A DNA stretch of 63,633 nt, counting the filler, from Chiloscyllium plagiosum (lineage: Eukaryota), in assembly GCF_004010195.1 (NCBI RefSeq). It is 4 parts of 2 records of this genome, joined end to end, with 100 filler letters (N's around TTAATTAATTAA, not from the genome) between each part and the next. Parts side by side here need not be neighbours in the genome. Positions count along the whole stretch, not along the records: positions 23,920 to 41,454 come from NC_057711.1; positions 41,555 to 60,839 come from NC_057711.1; 2 more parts are not named here. One strand, 5' to 3'. The notes under the pieces are model-generated. The model had not been told where the DNA came from and searched no databases. It saw nothing but the letters and a program-made list of their open reading frames with translations. Below, piece by piece: positions 35,916 through 49,199 of this stretch. The position numbers were made by a program, and so were the translations under genes. Within the stretch, counting starts at the first letter, position 1, and each line of letters begins with the position of its first letter.

Positions 35916-38900
35916 GATCTGAGGCTCCATAATGCTCTGGTCAGACCACATTTGGAGTATTGTGCAGTTTTGCACCCCAGATCTCATGAAGGATGTAATG
36001 GCTCTGGAGCATGTTCAGAGGAGGTTCATGAGAATGGTCCAGGAATGAGTCCCTTAACATACTGGAGGCCTCTGGATCTGTACTTAATGGAGTTGAGAAG
36101 GATGAGGGGAGGTGTCTAAATGAAATCTACTGAGTAGATGTAGGGAGGATGTTTCCTTTGGGAGGAGAGATGACTACTGAGCACACTCTGAGAATAAAGT
36201 GACTACCTTTTTTAGAATGTAGTTAGAGAATCTTCAGCCAGAGATGCGTGAATCTATGGGATTCATTTCCACAGGCTATGGGGGCTAGGTCATTGAGTAC
36301 ATTTAAGCCTGAGACGTACATTCTTGAGGATCAAGGGTTATAGGGAGAAATTGGGGAAAATAGAGTAGAGAAACTTATCAGCCATGTATGAGTATAGGAG
36401 CAGACTGTTTGGGCTGAATGGCCTAATTTCTGCACCTATATTTGATCTTATGACCTAACCACAGGATTCAACTGCTGTGCATGGAGGTTTACATTTGTTC
36501 TGAAAGGTGGGAGAGAGGCAGGCGCTCAGTGACCGACAATCCGCAAAGGCAGAAGAATAGAACAGAGAACATTGCAGTACAGGTCCTTCAATCCTGATTG
36601 TTGCATTGACCTGTGAAATCAAACTGAAGCCCATCTAACCTACACTTCAGTTATCATCCATCTGTTTTTACAAATATATTAAGGACAAAAGGGTAACTAG
36701 GGAGTGAATAGGCCCCCTCTAAGATCAGCAAGGCAGCCTTCGTATGAGCTGCAGGAGATGGGGGTGATACTAAACGAATATTTTGCATCCATGCTTAATG
36801 TGGAGAAGGACATAGAAGATAGATAGTGACATCTTGAAAAATCTCCATATTACAGAGGAATAAGTGCTGGATGTCTTGAAATGCATAAAGGTGGATAAAC
36901 CCCCAGACCTGATCTGGTGTATGTTAGAACTGTGGGAAGTGATTGCTGGGCCCCCTGCTGAAGTTTTTGTACAATCAACACAAAGTGAGGTACCAGAAAA
37001 CTGGCGGTTGGCTAATGTACTACTATTTAAGAAAGATGGTAAGGACAAGCCAGGGGGCTATAGACTGGTGAGCCTGATGTCAGTGGTGGGCAAGTTGTTG
37101 GAGGGAATCCTGACGGACAGGATGTACATGTATTTGGAAAGGCAAGGACTGATTAGGAATGGTCAGCATGGTTTTGTGTGGGAAATCATGTCTCTCCAAC
37201 TTAATTGGGTTTTTGAGGAAGTAACAGGATTGAGGGCAGAACAGTGGATGTGATCTATATGGACTGGAGGTTCCCCATGGGAAACTGGTTAGCAAGGTTG
37301 TATTTCATGGGATACAGAGAACTGGTCACTGGCTGCAGAACTGGCTCAAAGATAGATGGAGGGTGTTGGTGGAGGGTTGTTTTTCAGACTGGAGGCCTGT
37401 GACCAGTGGAGTGCCACAAGGATCTGTGCTGGGTCCACTACTTTTAGTCACTTTATATAAATGATTTGGATGCGAGCATAAGAGGTACAGTCAGTAAGCT
37501 TGCAGATGACACCAAAATTGGAGGTGTAGTAGACAGCGAAGCAGGTTACCTCTGATTACAATGTGATCGTGATCAGATGGGCCAATGGGCTGAGGAACAG
37601 CAGATGAAGATTAATTTAGATAAATGCAAGGTGCAGCATTTTGGGAAAGCGAATCTTGGTAGGACTTAATGGTAAAATCCTAAGGAGTGCTTCTGAACAA
37701 AGACCTTGAAGTGCAGGTTCATAGTTCCTTGAGTGGAGTTGCAGGTAGAGAGGATAGTTAAGGATTTTGGTATGCTTTTGGTCATATTGAGTACAGGAGT
37801 TAGGGGATCATGTTAAGGCTGTACAGGACATTCATTATTCCACTTTTGGAATATTGCATTCAATTCTGGTGTTCCTATTGGAAGGATGTTGTGAAACCTG
37901 AAAGGGTTCAGAAAAGATTTACAAGGATGTGCCAGGATTGGAGCTATAGGGTGGGCCCATCTTCCCTCGAGCATCAAAGCTGAGGTCACCCCTCAACCTT
38001 CACAAAATTGAGGGGCATGCATAGGATAAATGGTCTTTTCTCTGGGGTGGAGGAGTCCAGAACTAAAGGGCACAGGTATAGGGTAAGGGGGGTGGGGAAA
38101 GATGAGACCTAAGGGACAACATTTTCATGCAGAGGGTGGTGGTAGTGGAGGTTGGTATAATTGCAACACTTAAAAGGCATCTGGATGTGTATAGGAATAG
38201 GAAGGGTTTAGAAGGATGAGCCATAGCTGGTAAATCTGACTAGATTAGGATATCTGGTTGGCATGAACAAGTTGGACCAAAGGATCTGTTTCCATGCTGT
38301 ACATCTGACTGTTTATCCAACGACCATTTAAATGACCATAAAATTGGTGAGTCTACTACTGTTGCAAGCCCTTGCTACAATCTGAGCAAAGAACCTACCC
38401 CTCTCATTTGTTTTATATCTATCAATTTAAAGCTATGTCCCCTCATGCTAACCATCATCTGAGGAAAAAGGCTCTCGCTGTCCATCTGACCTAATCCTCT
38501 GATCTTGTATGTCTCTACTAAGTCACCTCTCCACCTTCTCTAATGAAAACAGCCTCCAGTCCCTCAGCCTTTCCTCATATGACCTACCCTCCATACCAGA
38601 CAACATCCTGGTAAATGTCCTCTGCACCTTTCCAATGCTTCCACATCCTTCCTATAATGCAGTGACCGGACCTGTATGCAATACTCCAAGTGCGGCCCCA
38701 GCAGCGTTTTGTACAGCTGCAACATGACCTCATGTCTCTGAAACTCAATCCCTCTGCCAATGAAAACTAACACACTGTACATCTTAACAACCCTATCAAC
38801 CTGGTGGCAACTTTCAGGGATCTATGTACATGGACGCATCTCTGCTCATTCACAGTACCAAGAATCTTACCATTACTGTACTGTATTCCTGTTGCTCCTT

Positions 38901-39960
38901 CCAAAGTGAAACACTTCACACTTTTCTGCATTAAACTTCCATTTATCACCTCTCTGCTCTGCAGCTTATCTGTAACCTGCAACATCCTTCCACACTGTCC
39001 ACAACTCCACCTACCTTAGTAGCATCTGTAAACTTACTAACCCATCCTTCTTTGCCCTCATCCAGGTCATTTTTAGAAATGGAGAAAGTGAGGACTGCAG
39101 ATGCTGGAGATCAGAGCTGAAAATGTGTTGCTGGAAAAGCGCAGCAGGTCAGGCAGCATCCAAGGAACAAGGAGAATCGACGTTTCGGGCATAAGCCTTT
39201 CCTGAAGAAGGGCTTATGCCCAAAAGGTCGATTCTCCTGTTCCTTGGATGCTGCCTGACCTGCTGTGCTTTTCCAGCAACACATTTTCAGCTCACTTTTA
39301 GAAATGGCAAACAGCAGTGGCCCCAAAACAGATCATTGCAGTACACCACTAGTAACTTAACTGCTGGATGAATATTTTCCCCTGTTGTCTTTCAGCAAGC
39401 CAATTTCTGATCCGAACTGCTAAATCACCCTCAAACCCATGCCTTGCTATTTTCTGCAATAGCCTACCATGGGGAACCTTATCAAATGCTTGACTGAAAT
39501 CCATAAACTCACATCAACCACTTTATCCATCTGTTGGTCACCTTCTCAACTCGAGGTTTGAGAGGCAGGACCTACCATTCACAAAACCATGTTGACTATT
39601 GCTAAACAAATTATTCCTTTCTTGATAAAACCTGCCTCTCAATCTTTTCCAACATCTTACCCACAACCAAAGTAAGGCTCACTGGTCTATAATTACCAGA
39701 TTTGTCTCTACTTTCCTTCTTGAACAAGGGGCAACGTTTACTATCCTCCAGTCATTTGGCACTATACCTGTGGAAGACGATGATGATGATTGTGTAAAGA
39801 TCAAAGCCAAAGGTTTCTGCAATCTTCTCCCTAGCTTCCCAAAGAGACCTAGAATAAATCCCATCTGGCCTAGGGATATATCTATTGTCACACTTCCCAG
39901 AATTGCTAACACCACCTTATGACCTGCAATCTCATCAAGTCTAATAGCATGTATCTCCAA
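35916..39960. mobile_element. Nested CR1 cluster (35916-36450 +; 36665-38310 + inside a minus-strand copy at 36560-36660 and 38310-39960)
   Basis: GYRLVSLMSVVGKLLE (+); LYKTLLGPHLEYCIQ (-). Confidence 0.85.
39083..39292. mobile_element. Family A palindromic element with 15-bp TSD
   Basis: CATTTTTAGAAATGG (39068-39082) and CACTTTTAGAAATGG (39293-39307); inverted arms of about 85 bp. Confidence 0.88.
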
Positions 39961-40077
39961 GGATATTTGGATTTCCAAATGAGAACAGATTGATGCAATC
40001 TTTGATTTAAACAGTGACTCAGCAGAAATACTTTGGAAAGTAAAATAGAAACGAGGACACTTCATAGGAAGTTAACC

Positions 40078-40304
40078 AAAAGAGAATGCTGGAAAGTCTC
40101 AACAGGTCTGGCAGCATCTGTAAGGAGAGAAAAGAGCTGACGTTTCGAGTCTAACTGGCCCTCTGTCAAAGCTTTGACAAGGAGTCAGTTAGACTTGAAA
40201 TATCAGCTCTCTTCTCTCCTTACAGATGCTGCCAGACCTGCTGAGATTTTCCAGCATTTTCTCTTCTGGCTTCAGATTCAAGCATCTGCAGTAATTTGCT
40301 TTTA
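40078..40304. mobile_element. Family D palindromic pLTR-like element with 16-bp TSD
   Basis: TCATAGGAAGTTAACC (40062-40077) and TCACAGGAAGTTAACC (40305-40320); arms symmetric about TGTCAAAGCTTTGACA. Confidence 0.85.
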
Positions 40305-40829
40305 TCACAGGAAGTTAACCTGTTTTATTTAGCCAACATTTTGGAAAACAAATACTGTATTTCCAGATTTTACCAGGTATTGATGTGAGATTGAGGAAAA
40401 AGGCTGCATTGTCAAAGTCTGCATTGAAAGGTTAAAATTGACCCATGAATAATTTCCCTTTGCTCAAAGCAATGCCAAACTTGTATCACCTTTTGTGATG
40501 GTCATAAACTATACTAAAGTGAGTATTACTCACTACTTATGGTGGCCACTTTTTTAGCACAAGCACTGACATTGACTTTATAAATAGGGAACAGCAAGGA
40601 AAAAATGATGACAGAAATACAGATTGAAAATATTAGTCATTGATCCCACACTAACATCTAATGTTCTAGACCTGAGCCCATTGACATGGTGGACTTGTAT
40701 CTGAGTTGTTAACGTAGATTGTAAATAGCTGGAGTCAAAGGTTGTCCTTGGTTTCAACACAAAACTTGGTCCCTGAAATAAAACTGTCTCTCACACTTAG
40801 TAGTCCAGCATTGGCACTAGTGTTCCCAA

Positions 40830-41170
40830 TACTGTTTAACTGTAATCACCAGGTATGGGAATATTAGGTTTAACCTGGTGTGAAGTCTTCTGCCTGTCAA
40901 CGGTTCTGCTGAAACATTTTTCTGTAGTTTTCTGAAGGGTGATCCTATTTTCAAGTTGAAACCAGGAGAGTTTAGTATTGAGTGAAGGCTCAGCTATTTT
41001 TTTTAAACCTGCCTCCAATGTTTGGTTTGCTCTTTCCACTACACCTGCTTCCATGGAATTCAACACATCCTCCATGGTGAACCAGAACTATTTGGATTTT
41101 CACTGCATCACTTGATTTAGCATGGTTTCAATCAGTAGCTCAGCAATAGGTTACGTCACTCCAGGTGCCC
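40830..41170 (-). mobile_element. Gypsy-like integrase remnant
   Basis: GVVERANQTLEAGLKK..LSWF..RIT. Confidence 0.6.
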
Positions 41171-41234
41171 CATTACCTCAAAACTGAGGGAAGTGGTGTG
41201 TACACCAATGGAAGGAGGGATGACAGACGGACAC

Positions 41235-41454
41235 AAAGGAATTCTGGATTAGTGATGCTGGAAGAGCACAGCAATTCAGGCAGCATCCGAGGAACAGTAA
41301 AATCTATTTCAGGCAAAAGCCCTTCAACAGGAATAAAGGCAGAGTGCCTGAAGTGTGGAGAGATAAGCTGGTGGGGGTGGGGAGAAAGTAGCATAGAGTA
41401 CAGTGGGGCAGGGGATGAAGGTGATAGGGTGGGGGGAGGGTGGAGTGGAAAAGA
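41235..41454 (-). mobile_element. Family A PLE 3' UTR plus pLTR
   Basis: pLTR joined to GGGGTGGGGAGAAAGTAGCATAGAGTAC, homologous to the PLE 3' UTR at about 54205-54240. Confidence 0.7.
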
Positions 41455-41554
41455 NNNNNNNNNNNNNNNNNNNNNNNNNNNNNNNNNNNNNNNNNNNNTT
41501 AATTAATTAANNNNNNNNNNNNNNNNNNNNNNNNNNNNNNNNNNNNNNNNNNNN
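41455..41554. other. Assembly spacer
   Basis: 44 N + TTAATTAATTAA + 44 N. Confidence 0.95.
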
Positions 41555-41979
41555 TTCTCCCCAGCAGAAGCCACCTGTTCTCTGCAGTAAAAGCCTCAGT
41601 TTAAACTTGATACAAACCAATTGCTGCAGCAGCTGTTGTGAGCTGTGACTTTTGAATGAACAACTCAGAAATATTTGTAAGTGAATCAGTCACTCTGTAC
41701 TTTTTACAAACCAGGGGAAGCTTCCAGAGAAAAGCATCTGACCACCAAGGGCTGGGCTATCCAGAGAATGGTCACCTCACCATCAGGATTCAGAAATAAA
41801 TGCCCCTGAACTAACTTTGGAGTGTTTGTACATCCAGCAATAATTTATTTTCCCTGTTTGGCTGTGGGTGTGTAAGTGGACATTTAGGATGGGATTTGAG
41901 TTTTAGTTAGTTGAGTTATATGCCAGTGTTTTAGATCTATTTCCTGAAGCTATAGTATAATTACAGACACAATAATTCT

Positions 41980-43800
41980 CCGAATCACAGGCCCCAGAAA
42001 CAGGCCCTTTAGCCAATCATATCCACACTGACCAACAAACCTACTACACTAATCCCATTGACCTGCACTTGACCATTGCCCCTGTGACTCAGCATTTTAA
42101 GTGCTGGTCTAGAAGCTTCTGGAACATTGTAGGAGTTCCTGCCTCCACCACCCTTCCAGGCAGCATGGTCCACATTTCTACGCTACCCTCCCCCCCCACC
42201 TCCCCCCGGGTGAAAATAGCAAACCTTAGAGCCCCTCTAAATCACTTACCCCACCCCTTAAACTTCTGCTCTATTGTCTTAGACATATGTGTTGTGGGGA
42301 AAGGATTCTCACAGCCACCCTTTCTATCCCCTTTCATAATTTTGTATATTTCAGTCTGATCCCTCAGAACCAATTCTGCTCCAGGGTAAACAAACCCAGC
42401 CTCTGCAGTCTCTCTCTCTCTCTCTGTAACTGAGACATAGCAGCCATAATTCAATGATGGAGCAAACCCAATTGGCCGACTGGCCTAATTCTGATCCTAT
42501 ATCTAACCATCTTTCCATCCGGGGCCACATCCTTGTGTATCTCCTCCACACCCTCTCCAGTACATCCATAGACCTGCACACAGTATTCCATCTGTGCCCT
42601 GACCAATGCTGTATAAATTTGCAACAAGACTTCTTGCTCCTATATTCTCTGCACCTGCTAATGAAGGGAAGTATCCTGTATGCCTTCTTCATCATCCTAT
42701 CGACCTGTGTTGTCTCCTTTGGGAATCTATGGATGTGTTTCCTTTTCCTTCTTAATGTTCTCTCGGGACCTACCATTTAATGTGTAAATCCTTCCCTTAT
42801 GAGACCTCCCAAAATCCATCACCTCACACTTACCATCACTCTGCCCAATTTACCAGCTGATCAATGTCAGCCTGCAGCCTGAGGCCACCCTCCTCACTAT
42901 CAACAACCCCGCCAGTTTCCATGTCATCTGCAAACTTACTCGTGATACCGTCTACATTCACAGCCAAGTCACTAGTGACTGTAACAAACAGCAAGTGTCC
43001 CATCTTCAATCCAGTGGTACACTGCTGGTCACAGGCCTTCTGATCACAAACACGCCACCATCACCCTTTTCTCCCTATTTGTAAACCCGTTTTGGATACA
43101 GTTTGTCATCTTCTCCTGGATACACTGGGTTCTTACCTTGTGGAGTAATCTTCCAAGTGGGACCTTGGTAAAGGCCTTTCTGAGGTTCTGGTAAACTGTA
43201 TGTTCATAGTGCAGTGATTGTAATGAGGGTAGCAAAGTGTACCACATAGGATACAGGTTCCCTGATTGGGGCTGTTAACCTGGTCAATCAGGGAGCCCTG
43301 GCTGCAGATAGAAACAGGAGTGTCAGAGATTGTGTTCATTCTGAGGGAGCTGGATCGGTATCAAGGATAAATATAGCTTAACTTGGTGGGTCTTTTGACA
43401 TAGAATTTTACAAAATAGTCAGAGGGCATTTGGCCCATCATGTCAGTATTGGTTCCCGAAAGAGTTACTCAACTAGTCCCATTCTCCAGCCCTGCCTGCA
43501 TAGCCCTCCAAATTCATCCCTTTCACATGTACATCCAGCTCTGTTTTGAAACATCCTATGGAATCCGCCTCCATCACTCTCCTCGGCAATGCATTCCAAA
43601 TCTTAACAACTCTGAGTACAGATGTTTCTCCTCATTTCACTCCAAGCTCTCTTGTTGTGACCCCTAATTACTGACACACCAACTAATGGAAACAGGATAT
43701 CTTTCTTTACTCTGTCAAAATTGATGTTAATTTTGCAAACCTCAATAAGGTCACCTCTTAATCTTCTCTGCTCCAGGGAGAATATACCTAATTTCTCAAA
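41980..43800 (-). mobile_element. Old CR1 fragments
   Basis: KAFTKVPLGRL, VLERVWRRYTRM. Confidence 0.75.
43215..43400 (+). mobile_element. Solo LTR-like fragment related to the Gypsy LTR at 48077-48280
   Basis: GGTTCCCTGATTGGGGCTGTTAAC matches the reverse complement of ATTAACAGCCCCAGTCAGGAAAC. Confidence 0.55.
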
Positions 43801-44004
43801 GCTTCATCAACAGTATTAGTCTTATCAATGTATTTATTTAACTTAACAAAACATAAATTAACGTAATCAGAGAGGAGCTCTTTGCAACAATTCTGTGCTG
43901 ACTATCCCTGACCAATCTCTGCCTTTCTGAGATTTAGTAGAGAAACGTGTTGTGTGCTTTCTATCACACCAGTAAATTAGGGTATAGTGTGTTCCATAAA
44001 AAAA

Positions 44005-44735
44005 CCCTTCAAAATGTCCAATGAACATAGTCTGCCGATTTCTCAGCAACGAACCCAAACAAGCAGAAAAAATGTGTCCAGAAACCCTAGCCACTCTCCC
44101 CTACATCAAAGGTAGCTCGGAAATGACTGCCAGACTACTCAGACCCCTTGGCATCATGGTAGCCCACAAACCCACTAACACACTAAAACAGCAGCTAATG
44201 AACTTGAAAGACCCTCTCCAAACAACAAGCAAAATTAATGTCATTTACAAAATATCCTGCAAGAACTGTAACAAACACTACATTGGACAAACAGCAGAAA
44301 ACTAGCCACCAGGATACATGAGTATCAACTAGCCTCAAAAAGACATGACCTTCTCTCACTAGGATCCTTACATACAGATAAGGAAGGACACCACTTCGAC
44401 TGGGACAACACATCCATCCTAGGACAAGGCAAACGGAGACACACACAAGAATTCCTAGAAACATGCCATTCCAACCGGAACTCTATCAACAAACACATCG
44501 ACTTGGATCCCATTTACCACCCCCTGTGAAAAAGAATAGGAAATGACATCACCATAGGAAATGATGTCACCACAGGAAATGACATCACCAACCCAAGGCA
44601 ACCCAAACAAATAAATAGAAAGCGGGCTACATCTCCAGTGCTTTGTCTGGAGGCTCACTGAAGATGTTACTGAGTATGGTGAAAATCACCTGAAAACGAA
44701 CCTTCCAGCTCAGCAAGCAAACCTACATCCAAAAA
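44005..44735 (+). mobile_element. Penelope-like element 3' part (family C): RT thumb, GIY-YIG, pLTR
   Basis: LPYIKGSSEMTARLLRPLGI..NVIYKISCKNCNKHYIGQT; decayed CACTGAAGATGTTAC hammerhead start near 44656. Confidence 0.85.
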
Positions 44736-45249
44736 TTTCAATATTTGCTCAGACTTTAGGGATGCAACAAATGTATGTTTTATATTGAGTATTAGTACTG
44801 AAAGGGTTAAATGAAGTTGGGTTTGTTGACTTAAATTCAGAATTGGTTCCTTGTCTTTTATCTGTCACACTAGGAACAGTACATGGATAAAAGGTGTGAG
44901 TACTACTTTTGTGGAAACTATGACTAAGAACATGTGGGAGTGGGAGAGTCAGAATCATTGGTGACCTTTAAGCGGCCATTGGATAGGTACATGGATAGGT
45001 GCTTAAGCTAGGACAAACGTTCGGCACAACATCATGGGCCGAAGGACCTGTTCTGTGCTGTATTATTCTATGTTCTATGTTCTAACATTGAATCCTTGAA
45101 AGGGGCTGCCTGGAACTGAGTCTGAGGTTTACTTGGCCATTCCCATCCTTCATCAGATGATTGTGGAGCACCTGTTGGACTATAACCTGTTGTGTGATTT
45201 TTAACTTTGTACACCCCAGTCCAACACCGACATCTCCAAATCATCATTT

Positions 45250-48200
45250 ATGTAAATAGCGACCTTAGCTATAAGTTGCAAAATTGAACAGGCTGACGAT
45301 ACCCCAAATGGCAATCTCGTATATTGGTACAAATGCTTATGGGTATTAATTGTAGTTTACTTCTGGGAATCTAGGTGTAAGTACTATTGCAAGTAAACAT
45401 GACTCATGTCCAGCTTTGTGAAGGACAGTCCCCCCACCAGCTTTGTGTATAAATCCTCTATCTGGGAGATTGGGTGTTTTACCAAATGGTTTCTGTTTGT
45501 TGATAATCCCACAAAGGTGACTGACCACCTGGTCAATGCTGCTCATTCCATGAATTGGACTGGGTTTGATGATTCTTTAATTTTCCAGCCTCCTGATTAT
45601 TGCCTTTACCTTTGCCCATAAGGCAAATGGCACTGGGCAGGCCTCGCAGAGTCGCGGAAGTGCTTCCAGGTCAACATGGTAGGTGGCCTTTGCTTCTCTG
45701 ATTGTCCCTAATCCTTCCTGGAATTTAATTAGGAAGTCACTCAGGCAGCCATTTCGTACTTGAAAAATATTGTACCAATCGAGGTGAATCCCTTGCAACA
45801 ATTTCATCACATGAAGCTTGGGTTCGAGTCTTTTACTCCAATCAGTGGTAAGTGAACCAGTTGTTTATCATAAGAGACGGGAACTAAAGTTGTGCCCTTA
45901 ATCTATAAAGGTTCCCCAGTATAGGTTCTTAGTCCAGCCAAGGTCTTGCACAAAGTTAAGGTTAGAGTCCATAGTGAATTTTATTAAAAACTAGTTCTGC
46001 AATCACTGATATGGTCACACCAGTATCAATCTCCATTAAAGCCAGATGACCATTTAACCAGATGCTTATCTTGATTGGTTCTGACTTTGGGGTTGCTAAG
46101 CAAGTTAGCTGTTCCAAACAAGATGTGGGTGGAGTTTGCAGGGTATGAGTTCTCTTGGATACCAGCCAATGAGTTATCTTACTCAATTTAGTTATAGAGT
46201 CATAGAGTCGTATACCATGGAAACAGATCCTTTGGTCCTACCAGTCCACGCAGACCATGTTCCCAAACTAAATTAGACCCACTTGCCTCTGCTGGGCCCA
46301 AACCTTTCCTATTCATAACCTTATCCAAATGTCTTTTAAACATTGTAACTATACCTGCATCCATCATTTTCTTTGGCAGATGATTCCACACATGAACTAC
46401 TCTATGTAAAAAAGTTGCCCCTCATGTCCTTTTTCAAACTTTCTCCTCTCATCTTAAAAACATGCCCTCTGCCCCTCATGTTTTTATAGACCTCTACAAA
46501 GTCACCCATCCACTTCCTACACTCCAGTGAAAAAGGTCTCAGGCCTCCAGTCTATTTTCATATCTCAAACCGTCCATTCCCGACATTTGGGTAAATCCTC
46601 TCAGAATTCTCTCCAGTTTAATAATTTCCTTCCTATAACAGGCAACCCAGAACTGCACACAGTGCTCTAGAATAGGCCTCACCAACGTCCTGTACAACAT
46701 CAACATGAAATCCCAACTCTTAAAGTCAAAGGTCTGAGCAATGAAGGCAAGCATGCTAAACACCTTCTTAACTACCCTGTCTACCTGTGTTGCAAATTTC
46801 AAAGAATTAGATACCTGAACACCTAGGTCTGTCTGTTCTACAACAGTATCCAGGGCCCTACCATTAATTGTATTAGTCTGCCTTTGTTCGTCTTATCAAA
46901 ATGCAAATCCTCACATCTGTCCAAATTAAACTCTATTAGCCACTCCTCAGCCCATTGACCCAATTGACTAAGATCTCTTTGTAATCATATATAACCTTCT
47001 TCACTGTTCACTTTACCAACAATTTTGCTGTCATCTGCAAGCTTACTAACCATGCCTCCTATATTCTCATCGAACTCTCTTGCTGTCTGAAGTCTGCATA
47101 CCAGCAACCACTACTATGGCTTGCTGAAGGAAATTGTAACCATCTGATTGAGGCTTGGCTTTGTATTGGTGCTTTGCTGTGGGCTGACCATGAGTCTCTC
47201 TGACCAGGACATGTCCTGAGGGAAGCTATGCAATTGCCTTCACTCAAGTGGTGTTTCCCAAGCCCAGTCGGGCTGGTGAGGGTGTCAACTTTCATGACAA
47301 TACTCTGCAACTGGTATCCTGCCCTTGCTGCACTATCCAATGATACAGCCAGCTGTCACATCTGTTTGAAGTCCAGTTCGGCTTCAGCTAGCAGACCTTT
47401 TAACACGGTTACCTCATTAATCCAGACAGTCTCTAAGTACCTCATTAAAAGTTAGACCAAATTCAAAGGCTCCTGCTAGTCATCTTAACCTAGTCAAAAA
47501 CCACAATGTGGATCCCTCAGTTCTCAAATTGGTGATTAAAAGGCATAGCATCTCAGAATTAGAGGTGGAATGGGGTCATAATATTCTTTAACTGCAGCCG
47601 TACTGTGGAGGCGCTGGTATTAGACTGGGGTGGATAAAGTCAGAGGTTACACAACACCAGGTTTACAGTCCAATTATTTGAAATCACAAGCTTTTGGAGC
47701 GCTGCCCCTTCATCAGGTGATGTGAAGGTGGACCTCACCGGAGGAAGGAGCGATACCTGGTGTTGTGTGACTTCTGACTTCCTTAACTGTGTGAGTTAAT
47801 TCTTGCAAGGTTTTAGTATCAAGTGCCTCAGGGAAAATTAGGCTCCTAATGACAGAAAAAGCTGCAGCTCCAGCAGGCTCATTGTTTTTCATCTGCCACA
47901 ATGTTATTTGCTTAGAAAAGTAACACATTCTCTCCACAACCTGAGCCCAGTCAACAGCAGGGTCAAACAAGTCAAGCTTCCTAAATAACGGCTTGATTGA
48001 AGAAATGCTTAAGCCATCCCAAGGACTAATGTTGTGAGTGAGTTTCTTCAGGATCATGCTTTACTCTTGTCACCACTGAATTAACTCCACAGAGGCCATT
48101 ACTTACACATGAACAATCCTTGACTATACTACTGCCTCATTCAGAATCGGGCCCCAGGGTGGCAGTATCTCTGACACTCACCCTTTTTATATCAGTCGGA

Positions 48201-48280
48201 ACTGTCTGATCAGATCAGATTAACAGCCCCAGTCAGGAAACTCATATTGTATGAGGCTGACCTCTTAAAATCACTATAGG
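45250..48280 (-). mobile_element. Gypsy-like LTR retrotransposon 5' half (LTR, PBS, gag, protease, RT start), interrupted by CR1 46190-47065 and a family B palindrome at 47605-47780
   Basis: LDLFDPAVDWAQVVER (gag); IWLNGHLALMEIDTGVTISVI (aspartic protease DTG); PVPFALWAKVKAIIRRL; PBS-like TGGTGACAAG next to the LTR end at 48077. Confidence 0.75.
46190..47065 (-). mobile_element. CR1 LINE 3' part
   Basis: LVRPILEHCVQFW; (ACTCTATG)n tail. Confidence 0.88.
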
Positions 48281-48306
48281 AAACAACTATGCTAAACTTA
48301 AGGAAG

Positions 48307-48522
48307 TCTTTGAGGAGAAAGTGAGGTCTGCAGATGCTGGAGATCAGAGCTGAAAATGTGTTGCTGGAAAAGCGCAGCAGGTCAGACAGCATCCAAGGAG
48401 CAGGAGAATCGACGTTTCGGGCATAAGCCCTTTTTCAGGAATCACATTCCTGAAACGTCGATTCTCCTGTTCCCTGGATGCTGCCTGACCTGCTGCGCTT
48501 TTCCAGCAACACATTTTCAGCT
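48307..48522. mobile_element. Family A palindromic element with 15-bp TSD
   Basis: CTAAACTTAAGGAAG at 48292-48306 and 48523-48537. Confidence 0.88.
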
Positions 48523-48566
48523 CTAAACTTAAGGAAGGACAGTTGTAAAGGAATATGGTCTTCCAG

Positions 48567-48687
48567 GTAAAAACAATGACTGCAGATGCTGGAAAACAGA
48601 TTCTGGATTAGTGGTGCTGGAAGAGCACAGCAGTTCAGGCAGCATCCAAGGAGCTTCGAAATCGTTTAGGGCAAAAGCCCTTCATCA
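48567..48687 (-). mobile_element. Single-arm family A variant with 16-bp TSD
   Basis: GAATATGGTCTTCCAG at 48551-48566 and 48688-48703. Confidence 0.8.
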
Positions 48688-49199
48688 GAATATGGTCTTC
48701 CAGTCTACACTTCACCATGTAATGCAATAATTAGATCCTTTTGAAAGGGTCAGCAAGGACTTATGTAAGAGAAATCAGGTTTCACATAACAGCTAAGTGT
48801 GTAATATTAAAGTGCAAGGATTAGGAGTAGTGTACTGGAATGGATAGAGGTCTGGTTGGCAGAGAGGAAACGGGAGAAGGGATAAGTGGATCGTTTTTCG
48901 TGGCAGGCAGTGACTAGTGAGAGGTTCTACTCAGAGGTTCTACTCGTGGTGATGTGGTAATATCTCCACATTTGCAGAGGACGCAAGGTTGGGTGAGAGG
49001 GTGAACTGTGTGCAAGATGCAGAGATGGGAAAGCAGAGGAGCAGAGGGCATTGTCTCAGAATGATGGGGTTCCAGTTTAGATTGAGCTGAGCATTGGGAG
49101 TCTTTGGAACTCCTGACCACAGTGAGCTGTGGAGGCAGGGTACTTTAAATCTGAGAGAGATAGGTTCATAACCAATCTGGAAATCAAGGGTTATGGGTG

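Noticed and set aside
39083..39292. Classical MITE (DNA transposon) reading of the palindromes
   Set aside because: Not favoured: arms are asymmetric, centres vary, TSDs are 14-16 bp, and the same sequence is attached to PLE 3' UTRs at 33338-33562 and 41235-41454.
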